The position numbers were made by a program, and so were the translations under genes. This document shows, in pieces, positions 48,524-56,720 of a stretch of DNA of 64,000 bases. The DNA is taken from NCBI GenBank assembly GCA_026413885.1, contig JAOAKA010000001.1, positions 374,075 to 438,074 of the forward strand, written 5' to 3'. Source of the stretch: Sulfolobales archaeon (GTDB taxonomy: Archaea > Thermoproteota > Thermoprotei_A > Sulfolobales > NBVN01). Position 1 is the first letter of the stretch; each line of letters opens with the position of its first letter. The notes beneath the pieces are model-generated. The model searched no databases. It saw only the letters and a program-made list of their open reading frames with translations, and was not told where the DNA came from.

Positions 48524-50344
48524 TTGGTTAGAGTTGCGTCTATAGATAGGGGTCTATGCAATCCAAGGAAGTGTCAGCTAGAGTGTGTTAGGTTCTGCCC
48601 GATAAACAGAATTGGGAAGAAAGCTATTGAAGTTCCACAGGAAGTCAATAAAGCAGTTATATATGAAGATGTGTGTATAGGATGCGGTATCTGCATTAGG
48701 AAATGTCCATTTCAAGCTATCGCTGTAGTAAACTTACCGGATGAACTAGAGAAGTACGTAATCCACAGATACGGATTGAACGCATTTAAGCTATACGGAC
48801 TTCCAATACCACATGAAGGAAAGATAGTTGGAGTTATCGGAAAAAACGGTATCGGTAAGACGACAGCTGTTAGAATATTAGTCGGTGAGATAGTTCCAAA
48901 TTTAGGTATGGTAGGCTCAAACCCAAGCTGGGATGAAGCTCTGAAGTTCTTTAAGGGTTCCGAGCTCTACAACTACTTCTCGAAACTTGTAGATAAGAAG
49001 ATTAGAGTAGCACATAAGATACAGCATGTAGACGCCGTAAGAGTGTATGTGAAAGGCTACGTTAGAGAGGTGTTAGAGAAGATAGATGAGAGAGGTCTCC
49101 TGAACGAACTCAAAAAGTTTCTAGACCTAGAGTCTATACTGGAGAAGAAAATACCTACATTAAGTGGAGGTGAGCTACAGAAGATAGCTGTAGCAGCAGC
49201 ATTACTTAGAAGTGCAGACGTCTACGTGTTTGATGAACCTGCTAGCTACTTAGATATTAGGGAAAGACTGAGAGTAAGTAGAGCTATAAGGAAGTACGTA
49301 CCCAGTAGAGCCTACACTATAGTTGTAGAACACGATTTAGCCGCAGTAGACTATATCGCAGACTTAGTCTCAGTAGTCTACGGAGAACCCGGACTCTACG
49401 GAATATACTCTAAAGTCTACACGGTTGGTTCAGGTATTAACCACTTTCTCAGCGGCTATCTACCAGCTGAAAACATGAGAATTAGGTCAGAGCCCGTAGT
49501 TTTCAATACAAAACCAGATCAGAGAGTAGTTGAAGTAGAGTATAAGCAGGTGTACTTAACTTGGCCAGACATGTATAAGACTCTCGATGGATTTACACTA
49601 AGTATCAGTCAAGGAGAGATACGAGTAGGTGAGGTGGTTGGGATTGTTGGCCCAAATGGTATCGGTAAGACCACTTTCGCTCGTCTAATAGTAGGTGAGA
49701 TAGAGCCTAACGTAGGGCATGTCCCATTTAGAGGATTGAGAATCTCGTATAAACCACAGTATATAAAGGGAGAAGAATTCCCGTGGGAATATGTTGGTGA
49801 AGCTCTAGAGAGTATCTCAAAAGAGGGAATAGCTTCCAGTGAGTGGTTCGCAGAAGAAGTAACCAAGAAGTTCAAACTCCATAAACTCAAAGAAAAGAAA
49901 ATCAGAGAGCTCAGTGGTGGTGAATTACAGAAGTTTTCAGTAGCTATAGCTCTAGCTAGAGATGCGGAACTCTACGTACTAGATGAACCCTCGGCTTTTC
50001 TCGATGTAGATGAGAGGCTGACCGTAGCTAAAGCTATAAGAAAGATAATTGAAGGAAGAAAGACTGCCTGTCTAGTTATAGACCACGATATTGTGTTAAT
50101 AGACTACATATCCGATAGACTCATAGTGTTCTCAGGTGAGCCGGGGGTTAGAGGTCAATGTGTGGGACCTATAGACATTAGGAGAGGAATGAATACTCTC
50201 TTAAAAGAACTTGAAGTTACGTTTCGGCGGGACATAAAGACAGGGAGGCCCAGAGTCAATAAGCCGGATTCATATTTAGATAGATACCTCAAGAGTGTGG
50301 GAGAATACTACTATACAAAGCCCGCAGAAGAAAAAGAAGCTTAA
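48524..50344 (+). CDS. abce1: ABCE1 / RNase L inhibitor homologue (ribosome recycling ATPase)
   Basis: An N-terminal 2x[4Fe-4S] domain (CIGCGICIRKCP) and two ABC domains (GKNGIGKTT, GPNGIGKTT; LSGGELQK twice). The TTG start is preceded by a GGTGAT Shine-Dalgarno sequence. Confidence 0.95.
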   Translation: MVRVASIDRGLCNPRKCQLECVRFCPINRIGKKAIEVPQEVNKAVIYEDVCIGCGICIRKCPFQAIAVVNLPDELEKYVIHRYGLNAFKLYGLPIPHEGKIVGVIGKNGIGKTTAVRILVGEIVPNLGMVGSNPSWDEALKFFKGSELYNYFSKLVDKKIRVAHKIQHVDAVRVYVKGYVREVLEKIDERGLLNELKKFLDLESILEKKIPTLSGGELQKIAVAAALLRSADVYVFDEPASYLDIRERLRVSRAIRKYVPSRAYTIVVEHDLAAVDYIADLVSVVYGEPGLYGIYSKVYTVGSGINHFLSGYLPAENMRIRSEPVVFNTKPDQRVVEVEYKQVYLTWPDMYKTLDGFTLSISQGEIRVGEVVGIVGPNGIGKTTFARLIVGEIEPNVGHVPFRGLRISYKPQYIKGEEFPWEYVGEALESISKEGIASSEWFAEEVTKKFKLHKLKEKKIRELSGGELQKFSVAIALARDAELYVLDEPSAFLDVDERLTVAKAIRKIIEGRKTACLVIDHDIVLIDYISDRLIVFSGEPGVRGQCVGPIDIRRGMNTLLKELEVTFRRDIKTGRPRVNKPDSYLDRYLKSVGEYYYTKPAEEKEA

Positions 50345-50532
50345 GCAGTGTGAGTCTTATAGTCCTAATAGAGGAGCCCAACATTACTCTATCTTAAGTA
50401 CGGGTAGATGCTGCCTATATTTTTCAGAGGATGTAGTTTGCAGAGTAATTTCACAGATTCTGCGTATACTTCAGAAGCTGGTGTTGAAGACGTATTAGAA
50501 CGACCTTAAGCATGTAGTAAGAGGTGTGTGGC

Positions 50533-51498
50533 TTAGAAAGGTAGTTTAGTGTTGATCTCGATCTTGCCTAGTAAGTCACAAAGTATGCAGGTGTTTCTAC
50601 TATAGGCTGTTGGAGAGCCGCATATTGAGCACTGAGGTAGCTCTGTGAGTTTGAGTGCTTTCTTCAGTAGTTCTCTTTCAACATATCTATCTACAGCTTC
50701 CAAGATTTTGAGGAGAGTGCCTGGTTTCAAACGCTCTAGTTCATATAGGTAGTTGCGTAATTCAGCTCTTAGAGTTGGTCTAAATCTAATATATGGACAC
50801 TCTACTTCCTGAAACTTAAAGCCTCTCGTGAGAGCGTAAGCTGATGTCTCCCATTCATATATTTTTCTAAGAGGTTTAACTCTCTTGATGAAGAACTTGC
50901 TCAGTGTGGAACTCAGTGGGTGGGTCTGTATCAGTCTTCCTTCGTCGCCTCGCAGTAAATTCATTAAGTACGTCTGAACTTCATCATCTAAATTATGAGC
51001 AGTTACTACCTTACTATAACCCAGAGATCTCGCGTAGTAGTTGATTATCCTCCTCCTCAACACGCCGCAGTAGGTGCAGGGACTTGTTTCTAGTTTCTTC
51101 AGTCTATCTAGGGAGACTATCTCATCGAGACTGAATCCGGTAAACTCTTTGAAAGACGTTAAGTGTAGGTCTATTCCGTAGTTTCTAGAAGCTTCTATTA
51201 TCCAAAACACGTCGTCAGCTCTATTATAGCCTTCTACACCCTCTACTATAGTTATAATACCTATCTTACCTGTATCGTGAATTTCTCTTACTATATCTAG
51301 AAGTACGAAACTATCTTTTCCTCCAGAGAGAGCTAGAAGTATTCTATCACTTGGTGTAAACATTCTATATCTAGATACTTCGTCCCTGAGTCTAGTGACT
51401 AAGTCTTCTCTAAAGCACTTATCGCATAGAGCTCTACCACTGTGCTTCTGCAATACTCTAGCTATCGTTCTACCACATATATCACAGTACTTAACCAT
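50533..51498 (-). CDS. tRNA 2-thiolation PP-loop ATPase (TtuA / Ncs6-NcsA family)
   Basis: PP-loop SGGKDS, N-terminal CDIC...CDKC and C-terminal CSIC...CILC zinc fingers, and central CTYCG. Confidence 0.85.
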   Translation of the reverse strand: MVKYCDICGRTIARVLQKHSGRALCDKCFREDLVTRLRDEVSRYRMFTPSDRILLALSGGKDSFVLLDIVREIHDTGKIGIITIVEGVEGYNRADDVFWIIEASRNYGIDLHLTSFKEFTGFSLDEIVSLDRLKKLETSPCTYCGVLRRRIINYYARSLGYSKVVTAHNLDDEVQTYLMNLLRGDEGRLIQTHPLSSTLSKFFIKRVKPLRKIYEWETSAYALTRGFKFQEVECPYIRFRPTLRAELRNYLYELERLKPGTLLKILEAVDRYVERELLKKALKLTELPQCSICGSPTAYSRNTCILCDLLGKIEINTKLPF

Positions 51499-51593
51499 GT
51501 CCCATAGAGTAGTGAGTTATCCAGCTTTTTATCTAAGAAGTAGGATTAGCTAAAGCTTTTATCGATCTTTCGGAGCGTAGGTAGGGATGCAGC

Positions 51594-51833
51594 ATGGATG
51601 TAAAACCCTATGTCAAATCTCCCGTATTGATGAGAGATAGAGGGGTAGTGAAGAATTTAAGACAGGGGAGAGGTTTTAGTGAGTGTGAACTTGAAAGAGT
51701 AGGTCTCAGTATAGGAGCAGCTAAGTCGCTGGGAATACACGTAGATGTGAGGCGAAAATCCTGTCATGAGTGGAATGTTAAAATACTTCAAGAATTTTTA
51801 GCTAAGTCTAGTGGTGGTTCTCAGAGTGCTTAA
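51594..51833 (+). CDS. rpl13e: 50S ribosomal protein L13e
   Basis: [33 protein letters not shown] matches the L13e core motif. Confidence 0.8.
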   Translation: MDVKPYVKSPVLMRDRGVVKNLRQGRGFSECELERVGLSIGAAKSLGIHVDVRRKSCHEWNVKILQEFLAKSSGGSQSA

Positions 51834-51856
51834 GCATGAAGAAATGCTTATACGCT

Positions 51857-52165
51857 CTAGCTACTGCTTTCAACTACCTCTCTAGCTACACTACTTTCAA
51901 CTTGAGGAGCTGCTTCAGCTACTTCTATATCTATCGCTAAGTTCTCACTTAATTCGAGAGCTTTATAGAGTTTTTCACCAAGCTTAGTTAACCTGTAGAC
52001 TTTGTAGTTTCCTTTCGATATTACGAGCTCCACTATTTTCAGTTCTTCAAATACGTGTAGAGCGGCGAGAACTTCATAGCGAGGTAGGCCGGTAGCTATT
52101 ACTATATCTCCAGGTGTGAAGAATTTTGCGTACATAGCATCCAACAACTTTTTAATTCTACTCAA
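51857..52165 (-). CDS. winged-helix DNA-binding protein (putative regulator)
   Basis: 102 aa with an HTH-like segment DIVIATGLPRYEVLAALHVFEE followed by a wing KVYRLTKLG. It is divergent from the pilin operon. Confidence 0.55.
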   Translation of the reverse strand: MSRIKKLLDAMYAKFFTPGDIVIATGLPRYEVLAALHVFEELKIVELVISKGNYKVYRLTKLGEKLYKALELSENLAIDIEVAEAAPQVESSVAREVVESSS

Positions 52166-52246
52166 ATCTAACCCTTACTCTTGCTAGATATCTTACATCT
52201 TTTAAATAGTGATACATATTAGACTCAAATCCAGTCAGGCTGAAGA

Positions 52247-52273
52247 CTTAAGTAGTGGAGTAGTCTACTTAAG
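52247..52273. promoter_or_regulatory. inverted repeat CTTAAGTAG-N9-CTACTTAAG (operator candidate)
   Basis: Perfect 9-bp arms read directly from the sequence. It lies immediately upstream of the TTTATAAA box (52291..52298) that precedes the pilin ATG by about 30 nt. Confidence 0.6.
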
Positions 52274-52322
52274 CTACGCACTGTGAACTCTTTATAAAGG
52301 GCTCTACTAATGGGAAGCCTAT

Positions 52323-52778
52323 ATGTTTAATAGAAGAGCTAGAAGAGGTATTAGTGAGTTAGTTATAATACTTGCTCTAGTAGCTGTAGTGATACCCATA
52401 GTAATGATGCTTCAAGGCTGGCTCTCGAGTAGAGTGGGAAACTTAGAAAATGTCGATATAGTTCAGTCACTAAGTGGGTACCTCATCAGCAGGAGCTATA
52501 CAGATGGTAGAGAGGTCGTTACGATAGGCTTAAGAAACCAAGGTCAGACTACCTATGCTATACAGGACTTTAGAGCTCTGCTAGCTAATGGAACAGTTGT
52601 CGGTGGGTCTTTTATTACAGTGCGTGAGGCCTCTAGTGGTAGAGAGATTAAACCAGGTAGTGATAGAGTATTTACTATCGTAGTTACTACAGGAACCACC
52701 AGAGTGAAGGGAATTGTTGTAACAGCAAGTGAAGCAGCCACAAACAAGCAAGTAGAGGTATTAGTGAGTCTAGGATAG
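52323..52778 (+). CDS. archaeal type IV pilin-like protein (class III signal peptide)
   Basis: N-terminus MFNRRARRG|ISELVIILALVAVVIPIV has a basic stretch, a Gly and then a hydrophobic helix, as in PibD/FlaK substrates. The remainder is beta-rich. Confidence 0.6.
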   Translation: MFNRRARRGISELVIILALVAVVIPIVMMLQGWLSSRVGNLENVDIVQSLSGYLISRSYTDGREVVTIGLRNQGQTTYAIQDFRALLANGTVVGGSFITVREASSGREIKPGSDRVFTIVVTTGTTRVKGIVVTASEAATNKQVEVLVSLG

Positions 52779-52818
52779 GTCTCTACTACTTTAATACTCT
52801 AATTCAAGGTGTTTTTAA

Positions 52819-55299
52819 TTGGAAACTCTTTTCAGTTATAACATCGGACTCTCATCTATAAGCATATTGAGAAATCCCTCTAGAGGCTACTACTACCTAG
52901 TTAACGATATCGAGCCTGAGAAATATGAAGCTATAGCTAAACTAGTAAGTAAAGCACTAGAACATGTAGATTCTCGAAAAAATGTAGGCATATACGATAT
53001 AGCTAAAGCAGTACTCACATATCTAAAAGGCTACAACCCAGAGTTAGTCACGTATGTAGTCAACCGGGAACTAAAGTATAAGAAACTTCAAGTGTTTTTA
53101 GATGATCCCTACGTCGAAGACATATCAATAGTTGGACCGGGGTCTGTATGGGTGAGACATAAATACGTACTGGAGAAAGACCCGCTCGCAGACTATATCG
53201 AGACCAACGTAATGATAAATACGTACGAAGAGTTAATGAGCTATATGGAGCTAATAGCGGAGAGGTCGGGAAGAGTAGTCAATAGAAAAACCCCCATTAT
53301 GGACTTCACACTACCTGAAGAAGATGGCGGCCACAGAGTTCATATAGTTCTTCCCGATGTAGCTCACTCTACTGGAGAAATCGTAGTTAGAAAAAAGTTG
53401 AGCTATACGTCAGTAGACCTTGACTCTCTAGTAGACACTGGTATGATAACCCCCCCTGTTGTTGAATTAATAAAGATAGTCGTTAGGAGGGGTGGGTCTA
53501 TAGTAATTCTCGGACCTCCCGGGTCCGGTAAAACCACGCTACTCAAAGCTGTGATATACTCAGCTGTACCGGCGTTCTGGAAGATAGCTATAATCGAGGA
53601 TACACCAGAGATAGATACACCGAAAGGCTCTAGTTGGGTTAGATATACAGTTCCAACTAATGTGTGGGGTTCTGAGAGAGGTATAGATCAGATGGCTCTA
53701 GCTAAAGCCGCACTTAGAGCATCCGTTAGTAAATTCTTAGTAATTGGTGAAACACGTGGAGCTGAAGCAAGAATACTAGTACAAGCAATGAACATGGGTC
53801 TGGGGGGGCTGTGTCTACCTGCCGACCAGCTACTGCTAGCTAGAGTGGATGGGAGGATAGATCTGTACGAAATTAGAGCAATTGTTGAGGGAATGTTGAG
53901 AGGAATGTATAGAAGAGTTGAAGTTGTGTCAATCGGACCTGAACTAAAGCCTGTCTGGCGGCCCGTATCTGCAGCGGTCGTTAAGAATGGTAGTCGTAGA
54001 TTCATTAGAATAGAGGTAGATAGTGGAGCTACTCATGAAGTACACGAAAGCCACGATGTAGTGGTAGTAGATAGTACATTTAATCTCACCATCAAGAAAG
54101 CCGGAGAGCTTAAACCTGGAGACATACTCGCATCCTTTCACTCTCTACCTAATTTAACTGAGGAGAGGAAGTTCGTAGACTTACTGGAGGCGTCTAGATG
54201 CTCAAGCAATACCGAGAACTCAGACTCTCGAAGTCTTCAAAAAGTAGAGTCAAATATAGCAGGGAGTTTAGAGCACTATACACACTTAAGACTTGTAGAA
54301 CTTAATGAGGACTTAGGCTACATATTCGGACTATATGCGGCTTCTGGTAGAGTTGAGGGAGACTCCTCGGAAAACTCGACGAGTATATACTTCAATATCG
54401 GCACAGCTATCTTAGATAGAGTAGTTGAATCTCTAAAAAGATTTAAAGTAGAGAAAATCAGAGTAGACACACTTCAAGCTCAGGAGGGAATAACTAGAGT
54501 GCTTGCGGAATCTCGCTTGCTATCAGTACTACTTTCGAGAATGGTAGGTGAAGGAGTTGACGACTCGTCGAAGAGAGTACCGCTCGACTTACTCATTGAG
54601 TCGACCGAGGAGTTTAGAATAGGTTTTCTCAGAGGTTACTGTGACGGCTTAGGACCACTATGTAGCTTCAGTAAAGATGGTGTAGTCGAGATTCACACTC
54701 AAAGTAGAAAAGTAGCTGAGTCACTATCTCTTATCCTTAAAACTCTTAAAGTATCTTCATCAGTTAGACCCAGTTACTCGAGAGGTAGAGAACACCACAC
54801 GGTTTACGTAGATAGAGATATAGATAGATTTCTATATATCGTGAGAAAGAAGAAGTACATTAATGAAGACAGCGACACCTCGGAAAGTCTGAAGAGGATT
54901 GGAGAACTCACTCTGCTGAGAGTTCGAAGTACCACCGTAGTCGAGAAAGATAGCCTACTGTACGATATAGAGGTGCCGGAGGTCCACCTCTACGCTATCT
55001 CTGGTTCTCTAATACTAACTCACAATACAACATTTCACGCTGGATCACCTGAAGAAGCTATAGTTAGACTTACATCACCTCCGATAGAGTTAACACCTCA
55101 GCAACTGTCTATGATATGGCTATTTATAACTCTCGGCTTCATAGAGAGAGAAGGTTTAAGAAGAGTTGTTACTAGAGTAGATGAACCAGTCTTTAAATCG
55201 GGCACGCTGTTTCTCAATACGATATATAGATACGGTGAGAGTTTAGACTTAGATACTCTCATCAAGAGGTTTTCTAGAGTTAGAGATTTATGGATTTAA
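52819..55299 (+). CDS. type II/IV secretion-system ATPase (VirB11/FlaI/KlbA family) interrupted by an intein
   Basis: Walker A GPPGSGKTT, Walker B/Glu box FLVIGETRG, and a His-box region AMNMGLGGL / TTFHAGS split by 405 aa. An AGGTG Shine-Dalgarno sequence lies 9 nt upstream of the TTG start. Confidence 0.9.
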   Translation: METLFSYNIGLSSISILRNPSRGYYYLVNDIEPEKYEAIAKLVSKALEHVDSRKNVGIYDIAKAVLTYLKGYNPELVTYVVNRELKYKKLQVFLDDPYVEDISIVGPGSVWVRHKYVLEKDPLADYIETNVMINTYEELMSYMELIAERSGRVVNRKTPIMDFTLPEEDGGHRVHIVLPDVAHSTGEIVVRKKLSYTSVDLDSLVDTGMITPPVVELIKIVVRRGGSIVILGPPGSGKTTLLKAVIYSAVPAFWKIAIIEDTPEIDTPKGSSWVRYTVPTNVWGSERGIDQMALAKAALRASVSKFLVIGETRGAEARILVQAMNMGLGGLCLPADQLLLARVDGRIDLYEIRAIVEGMLRGMYRRVEVVSIGPELKPVWRPVSAAVVKNGSRRFIRIEVDSGATHEVHESHDVVVVDSTFNLTIKKAGELKPGDILASFHSLPNLTEERKFVDLLEASRCSSNTENSDSRSLQKVESNIAGSLEHYTHLRLVELNEDLGYIFGLYAASGRVEGDSSENSTSIYFNIGTAILDRVVESLKRFKVEKIRVDTLQAQEGITRVLAESRLLSVLLSRMVGEGVDDSSKRVPLDLLIESTEEFRIGFLRGYCDGLGPLCSFSKDGVVEIHTQSRKVAESLSLILKTLKVSSSVRPSYSRGREHHTVYVDRDIDRFLYIVRKKKYINEDSDTSESLKRIGELTLLRVRSTTVVEKDSLLYDIEVPEVHLYAISGSLILTHNTTFHAGSPEEAIVRLTSPPIELTPQQLSMIWLFITLGFIEREGLRRVVTRVDEPVFKSGTLFLNTIYRYGESLDLDTLIKRFSRVRDLWI
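53812..55026 (+). mobile_element. intein (405 aa) with a LAGLIDADG homing-endonuclease domain
   Basis: It starts with Cys1 (CLPADQLLLARVDG) and ends ...SLILTHN, followed by a +1 Thr. Block F-like LLYDIEVPEVHLYAISG is present. Two dodecapeptide motifs, LGYIFGLYAASG and FRIGFLRGYCDGLG, lie about 100 aa apart. Confidence 0.85.
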
Positions 55300-56720
55300 C
55301 CAACATATTTAATCTCTCTACAGCTAAGATTTTAACTAAGTACTTCGAGTTTTTGAATAATGTAAGAGTAGCTAGAGGTGAACCTCGCGTAGAGCACAGC
55401 AAGCTTCTTCTCTACATACTCAAAATGTCTACAGCACCTACATCTCTACTACTGATGCTTTCATATGTAGCATACGCGCACCACAGAGTTCTCAGTCTAT
55501 ACTATGTGATTCCACTATCTATTGCTGCATTTTTTACTATACCAGTATTTTTAGAGCTTCTGAGATATGTTAACTACATAAGAAATCTAAGAGAGGACCT
55601 CACCTACTTCATGATAATAGATGGTATGTGCCCCGGTGATGACTTAATTAAGGACCTAGAGGAAGACTCAGAAGCTATATGTTCCTTTCTTCCATCACTA
55701 TGTATTGAGAACTCTAGGCTAAAGCTGTTTATGAAGTTCTTTCCCGGTGTTAGAGGTGTAAAAGAGTACGTACTTAGAGCTCCAAAACCTATGAGAAAAC
55801 TACTACTGGAGTATGTAACTACTCGCGAGAGTGCTAGCTTCAGCACCTGGGTCTACAGTAAGTATCAGGAAGCTCTCCGCGAAGTAAAGGTTTCAGCTAG
55901 GAACTCTCTAGAGCTTAAAACAATTCTGAGTTTAACTGCTGTAATATTTAGTGGTTTAACACCACCGATTATAGCACTTACAGCTCTAGTAATGGGTGGT
56001 CAAGAAGTACTTTACGCATATCCTCTAATAACTCTACCAGCTGTAGCTATGGCTATCTCAGAGAGATCAGTACCTAGGATACTTAAGGTACCATCAGGAA
56101 GTAGAAGACTCAAAGTCTCAGCAGCTCTATCTACATTATCTCTCTCGATATCTCCAGTGATAGGATTGAGAAACTCGGTCGCTATAGCTGGAGTAGTCTT
56201 CCTAGTTCTCGGAGTGGTGGCGAGTGTAAAATTCATTAGAGCCTACCTCGAGCTTATCTCAATACCTTCGCAACTAGTTATTCTAGCTGATAAGCTACCC
56301 TATTCAGATAGACCTCTAGAGCTAGTTAGGGAGAGTCTAGGTGAGATACTAGGTCGCAGTGTCTTTACTTCTGTCTGTTACTACATGTTGTTTAAAGCAG
56401 TTAAGAAGGGCGATATAGATTCAGCGAGAATTATAGCATTTAAAGACGTAGTTGAAGAACTATTCTCACTAGTAAAGCAGAGTGCGGCTGTTAGAGCTCT
56501 AGTTGTAGCTACAGCGATTTTTCTACCTTTTGTCTCGATATTCTCTATATCTCTAGCAGTATCTATGAATACAGCTAGTAGTGTGCTATATCTATACTAC
56601 TTCACATCATCACTCTTCTACAGTGTTATAGCAACACATACAGCTTTCGGAACTCTTGAAAACACCTTCTTAGTCGGACTCGTAATGATCGAGCTCTACA
56701 CACTAGGTGTTGTTCCGTGA
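55290..56720 (+). CDS. polytopic membrane protein, FlaJ/TadC (T2SS-F)-like platform candidate
   Basis: 476 aa with two repeats of a soluble helical segment followed by TM bundles. It overlaps the ATPase gene by 10 nt. The assignment rests on architecture and position. Confidence 0.55.
   Translation: MDLTNIFNLSTAKILTKYFEFLNNVRVARGEPRVEHSKLLLYILKMSTAPTSLLLMLSYVAYAHHRVLSLYYVIPLSIAAFFTIPVFLELLRYVNYIRNLREDLTYFMIIDGMCPGDDLIKDLEEDSEAICSFLPSLCIENSRLKLFMKFFPGVRGVKEYVLRAPKPMRKLLLEYVTTRESASFSTWVYSKYQEALREVKVSARNSLELKTILSLTAVIFSGLTPPIIALTALVMGGQEVLYAYPLITLPAVAMAISERSVPRILKVPSGSRRLKVSAALSTLSLSISPVIGLRNSVAIAGVVFLVLGVVASVKFIRAYLELISIPSQLVILADKLPYSDRPLELVRESLGEILGRSVFTSVCYYMLFKAVKKGDIDSARIIAFKDVVEELFSLVKQSAAVRALVVATAIFLPFVSIFSISLAVSMNTASSVLYLYYFTSSLFYSVIATHTAFGTLENTFLVGLVMIELYTLGVVP

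Noticed and set aside
50295-50498. A 67-aa plus-strand ORF overlapping the 3' end of abce1.
   Set aside because: It starts inside abce1 in another frame and runs through the convergent terminator region. No motif was found.
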